From the NCBI GenBank assembly GCA_964511255.1, contig CAZEEQ010000014.1, positions 1,486 through 65,485 of the forward strand: a stretch of DNA of 64,000 nt, read 5' to 3'. Positions 43,028 through 53,400 of the stretch are shown here, one piece after another (positions within the stretch are counted from its first letter, which is position 1; every line of letters begins with the position of its first letter). The stretch comes from an uncultured Paraperlucidibaca sp. (lineage in GTDB: Bacteria; Pseudomonadota; Gammaproteobacteria; Pseudomonadales; Moraxellaceae). The position numbers and the translations under genes were made by a program. The notes under the pieces were generated by a model. That model did not search any database and was not told the DNA's origin. It saw only the letters and a list, made by a program, of their open reading frames with translations.

Positions 43028-46000
43028 TCAAAGGGATTCCGCCGCAACGGGGGTGTCGGACCCGGCATGGCTCAGTCTGCTGTCGAGGCTCCAGCCCATC
43101 ACGTAGTCCGACAATGCATGGGTCACCACCCAGCGTCCGTTGATGCACAGACAATCACCATCCCTGGCCGTTATCACGACCTCGCGCAGATGTCCGCCCA
43201 GACCGGTGCCGGCAACTTTCGCCATGACTTCCTTGGCCACCCAGCCGCGGGTATGTGCCAGCGCCGCCGGTTCACCCGAACCCAGCAGCAGATCCAGCTC
43301 GTCAGTGCTGAAGACCATCGAGAGAAAGCCGGCATCGCGTACTTCTATCCGTTCAATATCAATGCCAACCGGCTCATGGCCGACAATGGCGGCCGCGAGG
43401 TGATCCTTGTGGGCCAGCGAGACATGCAGACCGGCCGGGACGCTATCGGTGACATTCGGCACGATCTGCGGCGCGCCGTCGGCGTTATTGACGATGCGCA
43501 ATTCCTGCGGATAGACCTCGGCCGTGCCGTGATCGCGCAGCCAGCTCAGTACGGCATCCTTGGCAGCGACACGACCGGCCAGCCATTGCCGGCGGCGGCG
43601 CGGCGCCAGGCCCTGATAGACCTCGCGTTCGGCTTCGGTGAGGTAGCGGCGGCTGATGTAGTCACGCAGGATGGCCGTGTCGTAGTGATCATCGAAGACG
43701 GTCACATTAGGCGGCACGCGCTTGGACACGGCCTGCTCGGAGAGCAGGCGCGAGGCCTCCCAGAACGGCTTGTCCATCTGATAGCGGCGCGTGCGCCAGC
43801 CGCTGATGCTGATGCGCAAGCGCCCCTGGGCATCATGCAGCACATGGTCGCTGACACAATTCAGGTCATCGAGCTCGCGAATGCGCACCTGCGCCGAAAG
43901 GCTTTCGCCCGGTACCGGGTCACTGCCATGAAAATGGATGCAGTCGACGCCGATCGGCATGGCCAGGCTGTTCTCCGGCTGCTCCATGACCCAGTAGCCG
44001 GCGAGCTGTCCCATGTTGTCGAGCAGCGCGCCACGCCCTTCGGGCACGCGCAGACGGCCATCAATGCCGTTTTCGCCGATGGCCTGCAGATGCTCGACGC
44101 CCTGATAGGCCGGGCCATGGAACATCCAGCGCTGCTGATACAGCTCGGCAGCGGTGACAGCCGTGGCACGCGGCTGCTGCAGGGCCGGCAGGGCCGCGGG
44201 GGCGGCCGGCCAGGCCGCCGAGACCACGACCTCCGCCTTGAAGTAGCCGACAATCTCGGCCTGCACGACATCGCCACCGGGCGACCTGAGCACAATATCG
44301 ACCGACAGCGGGCGGGCCACCGCCAGCCAGCTGTAGGCCTGGATGGCACGGACCGCGACCACGCGGAGCGCAAGGCCGCGCTCGGCCAGCACCTGCTCGA
44401 CGGCCTCGCGCACCATCATGACTTCCATGGTCATGGGCACCACCGGATGGCGATCGGCCACCACCGGCCAACCGGCACGCTGCGGATACAGCTCGTGATC
44501 ACGCACCCAGGGAATCGTGCTGGCAATATCCAGGTAACGGCTGGTGCGGGCCTCGAAGGCCGGGAGCGGATCCGGCGACGCGGCCACGGGCCTGGTCGGA
44601 GGAGCAGCTGGCGCATCCGCGCGGCGGCGATGCTGTGACCAGGCCGCCAACACATCCCGGCCGGCGCGCTCGATATCACCCAGGGTCGCCTGCAACAGCT
44701 GGCCAACGGCATCATCCGCCGCCGCTGCCGGCAGCGGCGCCGCGATGACGCCGCCCTGCCCCGTGCCCGGCTGCAGGCTCAGGGGCAGCGGATTCGTGAC
44801 GCGCAGCAACGGCACACCGAGGCTGAGCAGCCGAGTGCTCGCGGACACAGCCTCGTCCGGTGTGGCCGTGATCGGCGCGGCGGCAGCGGGATCCCGCAGC
44901 AGGCCAAGATCCGGGCTGCCGCCCTCGACCCACAACGCCGCGCACAGCTGCTGCAACTGCACCAGGCCGGTGCGGGCATCATGGTTGGCATGGAGGGCCA
45001 GATGCGGGCGGCCACTCAGGGTGTCATTGATGAAGCCGGGCAGCGAGCCGGTACCCACCTGAATGAAGACACGGAAGCCGTCGTCATGCAGGGTCTCGAT
45101 GAGACCGCGAAACCGCACCGGCTCCACCAGGTGCGCCAGGGCCAGCTCGCACTTGCCGGCCTCATCGGGCGGAAAGGGCCGCATGCTGGTCGCCGACCAG
45201 ACAGGCCGCACCGGTTCGCGCAGACCGGCGCCTGAAAAGAATTCACGGTACCAATCGAGGTGCCCGGCAAACAGTGGCGAATGGAAGCCGGAAACGATCG
45301 GCAGCACCTGATGAAACAGTCCGTCGGCCCGCAGGCGCTCTGCCAGCGCCGCCACCGCGTCGAGACTGCCGCAGGCGATGGCCTGATGCGGACAGTTGTC
45401 ATGTGACAGCGCAAGCTCCGGAATGCCCGTCATATGGCGTGTCAGCGTGGCGGCATCACAGGCAGCAGCGATGAAACGGACATCAGGGAAGCTCAGCGCC
45501 AGGCTGTCCATCACGGCATTGGTTCGGTCCGACAGGCCTTGGTCCATCATGCCCGCAGCCAGCATGGCACTCCACTCGCCAATGCTGTGGCCGGCAAAGG
45601 CATCCGGCGTGATGCCGAGATCACCCAGGATTTCATGCAGAAAGCGGTTGAAACCGAGCAGACCGAGCACGACCCCCAGCAGGTTCTCGGCGGGGTCCAG
45701 CGTTTCACAACCAGCCGGCAGCGGTTTGCCGAAGTGCGTGGCGATGTCATCGGCACGCGGCGAGAACACACTGTCGACGCCGGGGAAAACGAAGGCGATC
45801 TTGCCGCCCTCGCGGAGCAGGCCACGCGGCGTAAACCAGATTTGCTGGCGCCCGGGCCAGGGCTTGCCGGCAACCACGGCCTTGCGGGCCATGGCCAGAC
45901 GTTTGCTGTCGGGTGCCAGCACCAGCAGACGCGCGTCACCCGTACCGGCCGGGCCTGGCGCCTGACCGGCGATGACGGCATCCAGCCGTGCCAGCAGCTG

Positions 46001-47458
46001 TGCCGGGTCATCGGCACTGAGCATGAGCGCGGCCGGCAGCGTGGCCGGGCGCGACACCCCGGTCGCCAGCACGGCGGGCTCAGGCAGCCCGCGTAGCACA
46101 ACGTGGGCGTTGATGCCGCCGAAGCCGAAGGCATTGAGACCGGCAATGCGGTCCTCACGCGGCTGGGTCCAGGGCTCGGACTCGGCGAGCACGCGGAAGC
46201 GCGTATCGGCCAGACGCGGATGCGGCTGCCGGCAATGCAGGGTCGGCGGCAGCACACCCTGGTGGATGGCGAGTGCGGTCTTGATCAGCGAGGCCATCCC
46301 GGAGGCCGGCATGGCATGACCGATCATGGATTTGACCGAACCGATGACCGAAGGCGCCGTGTCGCCCGCATGGCCGCCAAAGAAGCGTGCCAGGGTCTCC
46401 AGCTCAACGTCATCCCCGGTGGGCGTGCCGGTGCCGTGGGCTTCCAGCAGGCCGATGTCGGTGCGTGCGAACGGCAGATCGCGCCAGGCCCGCTCGAGCG
46501 CCAGATGCTGGCCGGTCACCGACGGGGCCACCAGGCTGCTGGCGCGGCCATCGCTGGATGAGCCGGTGCCTTCGATCACGGCATAGATGCGGTCGCCATC
46601 CGCCAGGGCGTCCTCCAGGCGCTTGAGCACGGCCATGCCGACACCCTCGCCGGCGAGAATGCCATCGGCCTCGGCCGACAACGGGCTGATGACACCGCGC
46701 CGCGACAACGCACCGAGCTGGCAGAAAGTCGCCCAGAAAGTCAGGTCATGACTGAGGTGGACGCCGCCGACCAGCATCATGTCGGCATCACCGCTGGCAA
46801 GCATGGCGCAGGCCTGCTCGACCGCCAGCAGCGAGCTCGCGCAGGCGGCATCGACGGTATAGGCCGGCCCCTGCAAATCAAGGCGATTGGCCAGACGCGA
46901 GGCCACGAGATTGGGAATCAGGCCGGAAGCAGCATCCGGACCGTAGTAGGACAGCGACTGCTGCAGGCGCTCGCGGGTGGCGGTCAGCGCCTCTTCGCTC
47001 ATGTCCGGAAACAGGTCGCGCAGGGTTTGCAGGATCTGCGGCAGCAGACGCACATGCTGTTCCAGTCGCAGCACGCCGGCGCTGACATAATTGCCGCGCC
47101 CGATGATGACCCCGGTGCGCTCACGTGCGAACTCGCGGCCTTCATAGCCGGCATCGCGCAGGGCCTGATAGCCGATCCTGAGCGCCAGCAGCTGGTCCGG
47201 CTCCACCGCCTCGGCGAGGCGCGGCATGATGCCGAAGGCCAGCGGATCAAAGACAGCATGCTCATCGACAAAGCCGCCGCGCCGGCAGTAGAAGCGATCC
47301 ACCGCCTTCGAATCGGGATCATGGAAGCTCGGATCCCAGCGCGCAGCCGGGACCTCGCTGATGGCATCGACACCCTCGCAGATGTTCTGCCAGAAGCGCC
47401 GCAGGTCGGGCGCTCCCGGAAACAGGCAAGCCATGCCCACGATGGCGATGCGCGCCAT
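43028..47458 (-). CDS. Type I PKS, KS-AT-DH-PPTase
   Basis: KS DAACASS/EAHGTGT/KSMIGH; AT GHSIG/SGFHS; DH DHELYP..HPVVP, MFHGPAYQG, LLDNMGQ; Sfp-type PPTase WLAGRVAAKDA, VGIDIE, WVAKE. Confidence 0.9.
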   Translation of the reverse strand: MARIAIVGMACLFPGAPDLRRFWQNICEGVDAISEVPAARWDPSFHDPDSKAVDRFYCRRGGFVDEHAVFDPLAFGIMPRLAEAVEPDQLLALRIGYQALRDAGYEGREFARERTGVIIGRGNYVSAGVLRLEQHVRLLPQILQTLRDLFPDMSEEALTATRERLQQSLSYYGPDAASGLIPNLVASRLANRLDLQGPAYTVDAACASSLLAVEQACAMLASGDADMMLVGGVHLSHDLTFWATFCQLGALSRRGVISPLSAEADGILAGEGVGMAVLKRLEDALADGDRIYAVIEGTGSSSDGRASSLVAPSVTGQHLALERAWRDLPFARTDIGLLEAHGTGTPTGDDVELETLARFFGGHAGDTAPSVIGSVKSMIGHAMPASGMASLIKTALAIHQGVLPPTLHCRQPHPRLADTRFRVLAESEPWTQPREDRIAGLNAFGFGGINAHVVLRGLPEPAVLATGVSRPATLPAALMLSADDPAQLLARLDAVIAGQAPGPAGTGDARLLVLAPDSKRLAMARKAVVAGKPWPGRQQIWFTPRGLLREGGKIAFVFPGVDSVFSPRADDIATHFGKPLPAGCETLDPAENLLGVVLGLLGFNRFLHEILGDLGITPDAFAGHSIGEWSAMLAAGMMDQGLSDRTNAVMDSLALSFPDVRFIAAACDAATLTRHMTGIPELALSHDNCPHQAIACGSLDAVAALAERLRADGLFHQVLPIVSGFHSPLFAGHLDWYREFFSGAGLREPVRPVWSATSMRPFPPDEAGKCELALAHLVEPVRFRGLIETLHDDGFRVFIQVGTGSLPGFINDTLSGRPHLALHANHDARTGLVQLQQLCAALWVEGGSPDLGLLRDPAAAAPITATPDEAVSASTRLLSLGVPLLRVTNPLPLSLQPGTGQGGVIAAPLPAAAADDAVGQLLQATLGDIERAGRDVLAAWSQHRRRADAPAAPPTRPVAASPDPLPAFEARTSRYLDIASTIPWVRDHELYPQRAGWPVVADRHPVVPMTMEVMMVREAVEQVLAERGLALRVVAVRAIQAYSWLAVARPLSVDIVLRSPGGDVVQAEIVGYFKAEVVVSAAWPAAPAALPALQQPRATAVTAAELYQQRWMFHGPAYQGVEHLQAIGENGIDGRLRVPEGRGALLDNMGQLAGYWVMEQPENSLAMPIGVDCIHFHGSDPVPGESLSAQVRIRELDDLNCVSDHVLHDAQGRLRISISGWRTRRYQMDKPFWEASRLLSEQAVSKRVPPNVTVFDDHYDTAILRDYISRRYLTEAEREVYQGLAPRRRRQWLAGRVAAKDAVLSWLRDHGTAEVYPQELRIVNNADGAPQIVPNVTDSVPAGLHVSLAHKDHLAAAIVGHEPVGIDIERIEVRDAGFLSMVFSTDELDLLLGSGEPAALAHTRGWVAKEVMAKVAGTGLGGHLREVVITARDGDCLCINGRWVVTHALSDYVMGWSLDSRLSHAGSDTPVAAESL

Positions 47459-47461
47459 GCC

Positions 47462-50400
47462 TCAGCCCCCGGCCACGACAGCGTTGCTGCGCGCGGCAAA
47501 GCTTTCCGGCCGCCCCGACATCAGCACCACCTGGCTTTCGCCGGAGGCATCCGCGAGCTCGGCGAACAGCGCAGCGACACCCGCCGCCTGCGGAATCAGG
47601 CCGATGCCCTTGCGCGCATACTCATTGCGCAGCGCATCAGAGACCATGCCCGTATCAGCCCACGGCCCCCAATTCACAGACAGCACGCGCCCCTTGATGC
47701 TGCCCTGCCAACTATGCGCGAGCTTGTCGAGCACGTCGTTGGCAGTGGCGTAATCGACCTGTCCCCGGTTGCCGAAAGCACTCGCGACACTGGAGAAAAA
47801 CACCACGAACGCCACGTCGTCACGGATCTGCTGACGCAGCACCAGGGCACCGTTGACCTTGGTGTCGAAGACCCGCGCGAAACTGTCATCGCTCTTGTCG
47901 CGCACCAGCTTGTCCTCAACCACGCCAGCACCATGGATCACGCCATCGATGCGACCGCGACGCGCATAGATATCGGCGATGAGCCCGGTGAAGGCCTCGC
48001 CATCACGCACATCCAGCGCTGTGTAATGCACGCTGGCACCAGCAGCCTGCACTGCCGCCAGGGTGGCACGGAACTCGCGCTCGGCCAGCAACCGGCGCGC
48101 CAGACGCTCAACCTCGGCCGGCTTGCGCTGGCTGTCCTCCGCCAGCAAGGCCTGACGCAGCTGGCGCGGGTCCGTGATGGCCGCGGTCAGCGACGACTCC
48201 GCGGCGGCCGGCGCGGCACTGCGACCGACCAGCTCGAGCTGGCACTGATAGCGGCGCGCCAGCTCGACAGCCACCCGGGCGGTGATGCCGCGCGCACCGC
48301 CGGTCAGCAGCACAACGCTGTCACGCGTCAGTGGCAGCGCAGCCAGGTCGGGACTCTGCAGCGCGGACGGCAGTACCTCGCGACGCTGGCGGCGGCCCTG
48401 CTGCCAAGCCACCTCCGGCACCTCATCGGCAGCCTGGAGCTCAGCCACCGCGTAGCCTGCCAGCGCCTCGACCGGTTCCGCGAGATCGACATCCAGCCAG
48501 TGGGCCTGCAGCGCCGGGAACTCGCGCGCCAGCGTCTTGATCATGCCGGCAAAGCCGCCGCCCCGCTGCGGGTCGGCACCAAGACGGGCGAAATCGCCGC
48601 CCTGGGCGCTCAGCACCAGCAGATGGCGTGCCTGATGCATCACGGCTTGACGCGCCAGGGTGAAGAAGCGTTTGACATCGGAGAGCGCGTTACCCGACTT
48701 GACGCTGGCGAGATGGATCAGACCATCGCAGGTGCTCAGGTCAGCAGCGAGCGCCACACCATCCGTGAAATCCAGCAGATCGACGCGGGCGCCCAGCGCC
48801 TGCAGGCGGGCGGTCAGTACCGGGGCAATGCCGAGGTCATCGCTGGTGAGCAGGAAACGCAGACCGGCTAACTGATGTCCTGCCGGCGCCGGCGCGACCT
48901 CGCGGCTGCGCAGCACATAGCGGGCAAAGGCGATCTCGGGATCGACCGGGTCGGTCGCGGCGGCAACAGGGCGGGTCTCGACCGCCGGGGTCACGGCATC
49001 AGCCGCTGCCGGTCGCTCATCCGGTGCCAGTCTGGCCAGCATGGCTCGCAAGGTCTTGCAGGCCGCGAGGCTGTCGAGCAGGGTATCGCGCTCGCTGCCC
49101 CGGCTGTCGAGGCCGATGCGATCGGTGAGCTGACCGACGATTTCGAGACGTTTGATGGAGTCGATCGAGAGATCGGCTTCGAGATCAAGATCGATATCCA
49201 GCGCGTCGACCGGGTAGCCGGTACAGTCACTGACGATGCCCAGCAGCACGGCATCGAGCGCCAGCGGCATCGCCACGGCAGGCGCCACGGTATCGGGCGA
49301 GACCGGCACAGCCGCTGCCGGTGCGGCACCCGCCAGCGGCATCTGCTGCAGCCAGGCGAGAACGGCCCGCAGGGTCTTCTGCGCGGCCAGCTGCTCGAGC
49401 TGGCTGTCGGCCTGCGCACCGAGACGGCTGCGCAGCTGCAGACGCTGCGACAGCTCGCCAATGACTTCGAGACGCTTGATCGAGTCGATCGACAGATCGG
49501 CCTCAAGGTCGAGATCGAGATCCAGCATCTCGACCGGATAGCCGGTGCGTTCGCTGACCAGCGCCAGCAGGATGTCCTGATCACTCTCCACCGGCAGCGC
49601 CGGCGACGGCACAACCGTGACTGCCGGCGGCGTCGGTGACAGCGGGACGGCGGCCACGCGCACCACTTCTGCCGGCGCCAGGGCACGCGGCGCGGTGACT
49701 GCCGCCGGCGTGCCCAGGAAGCTCAGCAGCACGTCGCGCTGGGCGTTGACCAGATCGCGCATGTTGTTGAGATAGCCCACGATGGCCTGCTCACCCGGCG
49801 CGGCGGATGCCGCCGCCGGCATCACCGACAATGCCTGCGGCGCGGCGGAGCCCGCCGACAGCGAGATCACCGGTGCCGTGATGACCGCGGCAGCATGCGC
49901 CGGGAGTTTGCCCTGACGCGGCCAGGCGCGACCGCCGTTGACCATCCAGACCGAGGCCGGCAGCTTTGGCGGCTGGTCGAGATCGAGCCGGGCGGCACGG
50001 CCATCGAACAACGGCGTGGCATCGAAACCGGGCATCAGCACGGCCAGTCGTGCCAGCGTGGCGAGCAGGCTGGCCAGGCTGCCGTCGCCCTGATCCAGCG
50101 CCACTGCAACGTGCGGACGCTGCTGCAGGATGCGCGCGACCAGGCCGGTCAGCACCTTGCGCGGACCGATCTCGAGGAAGATGCGCGCGCCGTCATCATG
50201 CATGCGCTCGATTTCATCGACGAAACGCACCGGGCTGGAAACATGGCTGGCCAGCGCCTCGCGAATCGCCTCGCTGGTATCGGCATGGCGGGTAGCCGCC
50301 TGATTGCCGTAGACCGGCCACTGCAACCCGGTCACCGGCTGATCGGCCAGCACCTCGGCGAATCGCTGGCTGGCCGGCGCCATCAGCGGCGAATGGAAAG

Positions 50401-53400
50401 CGCAGGCGGTGGCGATGGCCTTGCCGGCGACGCCAGCCATCTTGAGATGCGCCAGTGCCGCCTGCACGGCAGCGGTCGGTCCGGAGATGACGGTCTGCAC
50501 CGGGCTGTTCTGGTTGGCCATGACGACATCGGGGAAACCGGCGAGCAATGGCATCAGCGCAGCCACATCAAGGCTGACGGCTGCCATGCTGCCGGCATCA
50601 TCACCCACCACCGACAGCATCGCCTCGGCGCGCGCACACGACAGGCTGAGCAGCGCGGGCAGATCAAAGGCCCCGGCGGTAGCCAGTGCCACCAACTCGC
50701 CATAACTGTGGCCGGCCGCCATATCGGGACGCAGGCCGAAGCCCTGTAGCCACTCAAACGCCGCCCACTCCACCAGACCCAGCGCCGGCTGCGCCTGACG
50801 GGTATCGGTCAGGACCTGCTGCTGACGCGCGCGCTCGGCCTCGTCAAAAGCTGTAGCCGGATAGATCGCGGGCAACTGCGCCCTGCCTTCGGCCAGCACC
50901 CCCTGCAGGGTCGGGAAATACACGAAAAGGTCACGCAGCATGCCCGGGTACTGGCTGCCCTGCCCCGAGAACAGGCAGGCCAGCTTGCCGGTCAGCAGGG
51001 TGTCATCACGCCAGCTGGCCGCGGCCAGCGGCTGGTCGGCCATGAGCGTGGCAAGCTGCGCCTCCAGCTGACGACGGTCCGTAGCCACCCAGGCCAGCTG
51101 CACCGGGCCGCTGCCGGCCTCCCAGACCGTGCGGGCGAGATCACGCAGGAGCACATCCGCCGTGGCCGCGCGCAGATACTCAGCGACCCGCGCCAACTGG
51201 GTCACGGCGCCGGCACGCGATTCCGCGCGCACAACAAACAGTTCGGCCGGGAACGCGAGCGCGCCAAAACGGCTGCGATGCGGCTGCCAGGCCGAGAGCA
51301 CGGCATGGAAGTTGGCGCCGCCAAAACCGAAGGCACTGACCGCGGCCCGTGCCGGCGTATCGCCGCTGGTCAGCCAGGGCTGCGGCTGGGCGTTGAAGCG
51401 GAACGGGCTGGTTGCCGGGCGATACCAGGCATTCGGGCTGCTGATCTGCTGCGTCCCCGGCTGCACGCCATGGTGCAGCGCCTTGGCGATCTTGATGAGG
51501 CCAGCGACACCGGCGGCACACTTGGTGTGTCCGATCTGGCTCTTCACCGAACCCAGCACCGCCTGACCCGGCACCGCCCCGCCACTGCCATAGACCTCGC
51601 TCAGCGTCTGCAGTTCGGTACGATCGCCGACCACGGTCCCGGTGCCATGGGCTTCGACCAGGCCGATATCCGCCGGCAGCACGCCGGCCTGCCAGTAGGC
51701 ACGCTCCAGCGAGCGCTTCTGGCCCTCCTTGCGCGGCGCGGTGAGACCGAGGCCTTTGCCATCACTGGAGCCGGCAATGCCATCGATGACGGCATAGATG
51801 CGGTCGCCGTCGCGTCGGGCATCCGCGAGCCGCTTGAGCACAACGACGCCAACGCCTTCGCCGAGGGCAATGCCGTCAGCGGCATTGTCGAACGAGCGGC
51901 AGCGGCCCTTGGCCGAGAGCGCACCCACCGACGAGAACATCAGGTAATCGCTGATGCCGTTGTGGAAGTCGGCACCGCCTGCGAGCGCCATGTCACTGCT
52001 GCCGGCGCGCAGCTCCTTCACCGCCAGCTCGATGGCTGTCAGCGAGCTGGCACAGGCCGAGGTCACGGCATAGTTGACGCCGCCCAGACCCAGGCGGTTG
52101 GCGATGCGACCCGAGATGACATTGACCAGCATGCCGGGGAACGAGTCCTCGGTCAGCGCCGGCAGGGCCTCCGCCAGTGCCGGAGGCAGGTCGCCGCCGT
52201 ACTGCTGCCAGAGGTTGCGGAAAGTGTACTGGTTGCCGAGATCCATGCCGGCCTCGGCACCGAAGATGACTGAAGTCTTCTCGCGATCGAACCAACGCTC
52301 GCCATAGCCGGCATCACGCAGGGCCTGGCGCGCGATCTCCAGCGACAACAGCTGCACCGGCTCGATGGCCGCCAGTGATGCCGGCGGAATCCCGTACTGC
52401 AGCGGATCGAACGGGGTGTCGGCAATGAAGCCGCCCCATTTGCTGACACTCTTGTCGGATGGCGCACCCGCGCCACGATAGTACTGCTCCACCGACCAGC
52501 GCTCGGCCGGTACTTCGCCGACCAGATCGCGGCCGCTGAGAATGTTTTCCCAGTAGCTTTCCAGATCAGGAGAACCGGCATAGAGACAGGCCATGCCGAC
52601 GATGGCCACCGGCTCGTCGCGCTGGACCTGCGTCAGCGACGGTATCGTCAGCGCCTGCAGATGCGCAACCGCACCCGATGCCACCGCGGCATGCAGTGCC
52701 GCCATGGTGGTGACCTGCCGCTGCAACGCCACCACCTGGCCAATCATGTACATGCCTTCGCTGTCCTGCACCGCGTGCGGGACCGGAACCAGACGACCCT
52801 CTATGCGATCAACGCCCTTGCTGGCGATGCGCAGGCGACCGACAGTCAGGGCTTCGAGCTGCTGCCAGATCTGCTTGGGCTCGACGCCATCGCGCTGCAG
52901 CCGCGCCTTCTCGCGCTCGAACAACGTCATGAAGCCGGAGGGCACGCAGCGGATGGCATGGCCCGGCGCGGTCTCGACCAGCACGGTTTCGCCACCACTG
53001 AGGGCACGACGCTGAAATGCCGGCAGCACCGCGCCAGTGGCCACGGCTTCCTCGGTCGCCAGATAGGCGGTGCCCAGCAGCACGCCGATACGGGCACCAC
53101 GAGCCGCCAGCGGCGCCGCGATGGCAGCCACCATGGCACTCGAACGGGCATCATGGATGCCGCCGGCAAAGAGCACATGCAGTCGCTCGGGATGCTCGTA
53201 CGCGAGCAGGCAATCCACCGCCTGCTGCCAGAGCACAAAACTGTAGCGCGGGCCGACATGGCCGCCGCACTCGCGGCCTTCAAACACGAAATGGGTGGCG
53301 CCTTCTTTCAGGAAGAGCTCCAGCAGTCCTGGCGACGGCACATGCAGATACGTCGTGATGCCCATCTCGATGAACGGACGTGCCTGCGACGGACGACCGC

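Noticed and set aside
49140..49520. Duplicated DNA segments inside PKS1 as a mobile or repeat element
   Set aside because: They are the two tandem ACP domains
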